DNA from: Candidatus Methylomirabilales bacterium
GTDB taxonomy: Bacteria > Methylomirabilota > Methylomirabilia > Methylomirabilales > 2-02-FULL-66-22
Length of the DNA: 39,499 bases
Assembly (NCBI GenBank): GCA_044451055.1
Contig: JBIOJT010000002.1
Location: forward strand, 1 to 39,499
Direction of reading: 5' to 3'
Positions 37,924 to 39,499 of the stretch are shown here, one piece after another. The notes below the pieces were generated by a model. It saw only the letters and a program-made list of their open reading frames with translations, was not told the origin of the DNA and ran no database searches. The position numbers and the translations under genes were made by a program. The stretch's first letter is position 1. Each line of letters starts with the position of its first letter.

Positions 37924-39102
37924 ATGGACGGCACGATTTACCTGGACAACGCGGCCACGTCATTCCCCAAGCCCGACGCGGTCCACGACAAGATGATCAG
38001 CTTCTACCGCACCTGCGGGGTGAACCCAGGCCGCTCGGGGTGCGATATGGCCCTGCAGGCAGAGGCCATGGTGGAGGGCGCACGGTGCAAGCTCACCGCG
38101 TTGTTCAACGCCAGCCTGGTGGCGGCTGGCAAGACGAAAGATCACAATCGTCTGATCTTCACCTCGAACGCCACCCACAGCCTGAACCTGATCTTGAAAG
38201 GGACGATCGGTCCTGGGGACCACGTCATCACGACGTGGATGGAACATAACTCGGTCCTCCGCCCGGTCAATCACCTGGTCAGACTGGGGGCGGAGGCCAC
38301 GTTCATCCGTCCTGGGGCGGACTGTCTGGTGGATCCCGAAGACATCCGCCGCGCCATCAGGTGCAACACCAAGCTAGTCATCGTCAACCACGGCTCGAAC
38401 GTCTGCGGGGTGGTGCAAGACACCCGAGCGATCGGGACCGTGTGCAAAGGGGCTGGGGTGCGCTTGGCCATCGACGCGGCCCAGACCGCCGGAGCCTTTC
38501 CCGTCGACATGGCGGAATGGCAGGTCAGCTTCGTGGCTTTTACCGGGCACAAGAGCCTGCTTGGGCCCACAGGAACTGGCGGGATTTGCGTGGCGGACGA
38601 TGCTGAGATCGCCTCGACCATGTGGGGCGGGACTGGCGTCCGCTCGGCGCATCCGTACCACCTGGAGGAGTATCCTTGGCGGCTTGAGGTCGGCACCCTC
38701 AACGTCCTCGGGATTGCCGGGCTCTCCGCCGGCGTGGACTGGATCACCGAGCACGGCCTGGATGTGATCCAGCAGCGGGAGAATGCGCTGGCCGCCAAAC
38801 TTGCCGAAGGGTTGCGTGAGATCCGGGGTGTGACGGTGTACGCTCCCGCCAATGGGCAGCCGCGAGTTCCGACCATCTCCATCACGGTGGACGGATGGGA
38901 CCCCTCGGATGTCGGCACCATTCTGGACGTGGATTACAACATCCTCACCCGCACCGGCCTGCAGTGTGCACCCAAGGTACACGATCACCTCGGCACGGCG
39001 CCACAGGGGACGGTACGCTTCTCCGTGGGTCCCTTTAATACCCAGGAGGACATCCTCGCTGCCGTCAAGGCGGTAGGGGGGATCGCGGTCCGGAGGGCGT
39101 GA
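37924..39102 (+). CDS. class-V aminotransferase-fold cysteine desulfurase family protein
   Basis: Start at ATG 37924 (AAGGGGG upstream). IYLDNAATSFPKP, FTGHKSLLGPTGTGG (PLP Lys), LTRTGLQCAP (active-site Cys loop). Confidence 0.88.
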   Translation: MDGTIYLDNAATSFPKPDAVHDKMISFYRTCGVNPGRSGCDMALQAEAMVEGARCKLTALFNASLVAAGKTKDHNRLIFTSNATHSLNLILKGTIGPGDHVITTWMEHNSVLRPVNHLVRLGAEATFIRPGADCLVDPEDIRRAIRCNTKLVIVNHGSNVCGVVQDTRAIGTVCKGAGVRLAIDAAQTAGAFPVDMAEWQVSFVAFTGHKSLLGPTGTGGICVADDAEIASTMWGGTGVRSAHPYHLEEYPWRLEVGTLNVLGIAGLSAGVDWITEHGLDVIQQRENALAAKLAEGLREIRGVTVYAPANGQPRVPTISITVDGWDPSDVGTILDVDYNILTRTGLQCAPKVHDHLGTAPQGTVRFSVGPFNTQEDILAAVKAVGGIAVRRA

Positions 39103-39339
39103 GCCGCACCCACTCCGCGCTGGCCCCGCATCCACTCCCTTCAGGCGGAAGCCCTGGAGCGCGGAATTGGGGGAGCAAGACCTTGGGTGCGGGCGCAGCC
39201 ATTGCCTCAGATGACGCGATTGGCGAGCCCATGGGTGGTCGCGAGGATGACGCGGCGGCAGAGTCAAGCGGACGGTGACCAGATCGGCCTGCCTACGCTC
39301 GGGTGGCGACTGGCCGCGAGGGGGTGAGCCTGCCCTCCG

Positions 39340-39499
39340 CTACGCGCCCATCACCTTGTCCCGGTTCTCCTGCCGGGCCATGTCAATGAAGTCGATGATG
39401 ATGATCCCGCCCAGGTCCCGCAGGCGGACCTGCCGCGCGATCTCGCGGGCGGCCTCCCGGTTGGTCTTCAGGATGGTCTCCTCGAAGTCGTGCTTGCCC
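39340..39499 (-). CDS. RNase E/G family ribonuclease, partial (5' part beyond window); 3' end appears prematurely truncated
   Basis: Minus strand reads ...[52 protein letters not shown]-stop (39342..39340). The [17 protein letters not shown] motif is diagnostic of Rne/Rng. Full-length homologs continue well over 100 aa past this point. Confidence 0.7.
   Translation of the reverse strand, partial: GKHDFEETILKTNREAAREIARQVRLRDLGGIIIIDFIDMARQENRDKVMGA

Overview
High-GC bacterial chromosomal segment; the taxon cannot be assigned from the sequence alone. Most of the window is housekeeping: dnaE (3' part)-accA, an Ldh_2-family oxidoreductase, a PfkA-family phosphofructokinase, glpX-hisS-aspS, xerD translationally coupled to a GT4/GT2 glycosyltransferase pair, dtd, GNAT/VOC/RidA/DinB small enzymes, aroK, a URO-D-family protein, a livJHMGF-type ABC transporter and a class-V cysteine desulfurase. 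Four parts look accessory or unusual. (1) A visibly lower-GC stretch (about 6.7-8.8 kb) has two orphan envelope proteins followed by about 1.1 kb with no credible ORF. (2) Two tandem paralogous di-PilZ genes (9.2-10.8 kb) and a separate REC-PilZ gene (29.1 kb). (3) An arsenic/redox island (22.5-28.6 kb) carries two ArsR genes with near-consensus promoters and inverted-repeat operators, ACR3, LMW-PTP ArsC, an apparent CMD(AhpD-like)::ArsR chimeric ORF, an ArsP/DUF318-type permease, a small thioredoxin-like protein, a P5C-reductase-like protein, and an AhpD/CMD-like gene with an in-frame UGA at the CxxC position plus a SECIS-like hairpin. That last gene is a probable selenoprotein that the ORF track splits. 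(4) Three relics of housekeeping genes: an internally deleted, frameshifted pfkA; a cysteine-synthase C-terminal fragment; and a 3'-truncated RNase E/G gene. No rRNA, tRNA, CRISPR array, transposase or IS element was recognised. I did not find an unmistakable new multi-gene system. The best leads are the Sec-containing AhpD-like gene and chimeric regulator in the ars island, the PilZ cluster with its start-codon anomaly, and the gene-less 1.1 kb stretch. Many long ORFs in the track are out-of-frame or antisense artefacts typical of high-GC DNA and were rejected.
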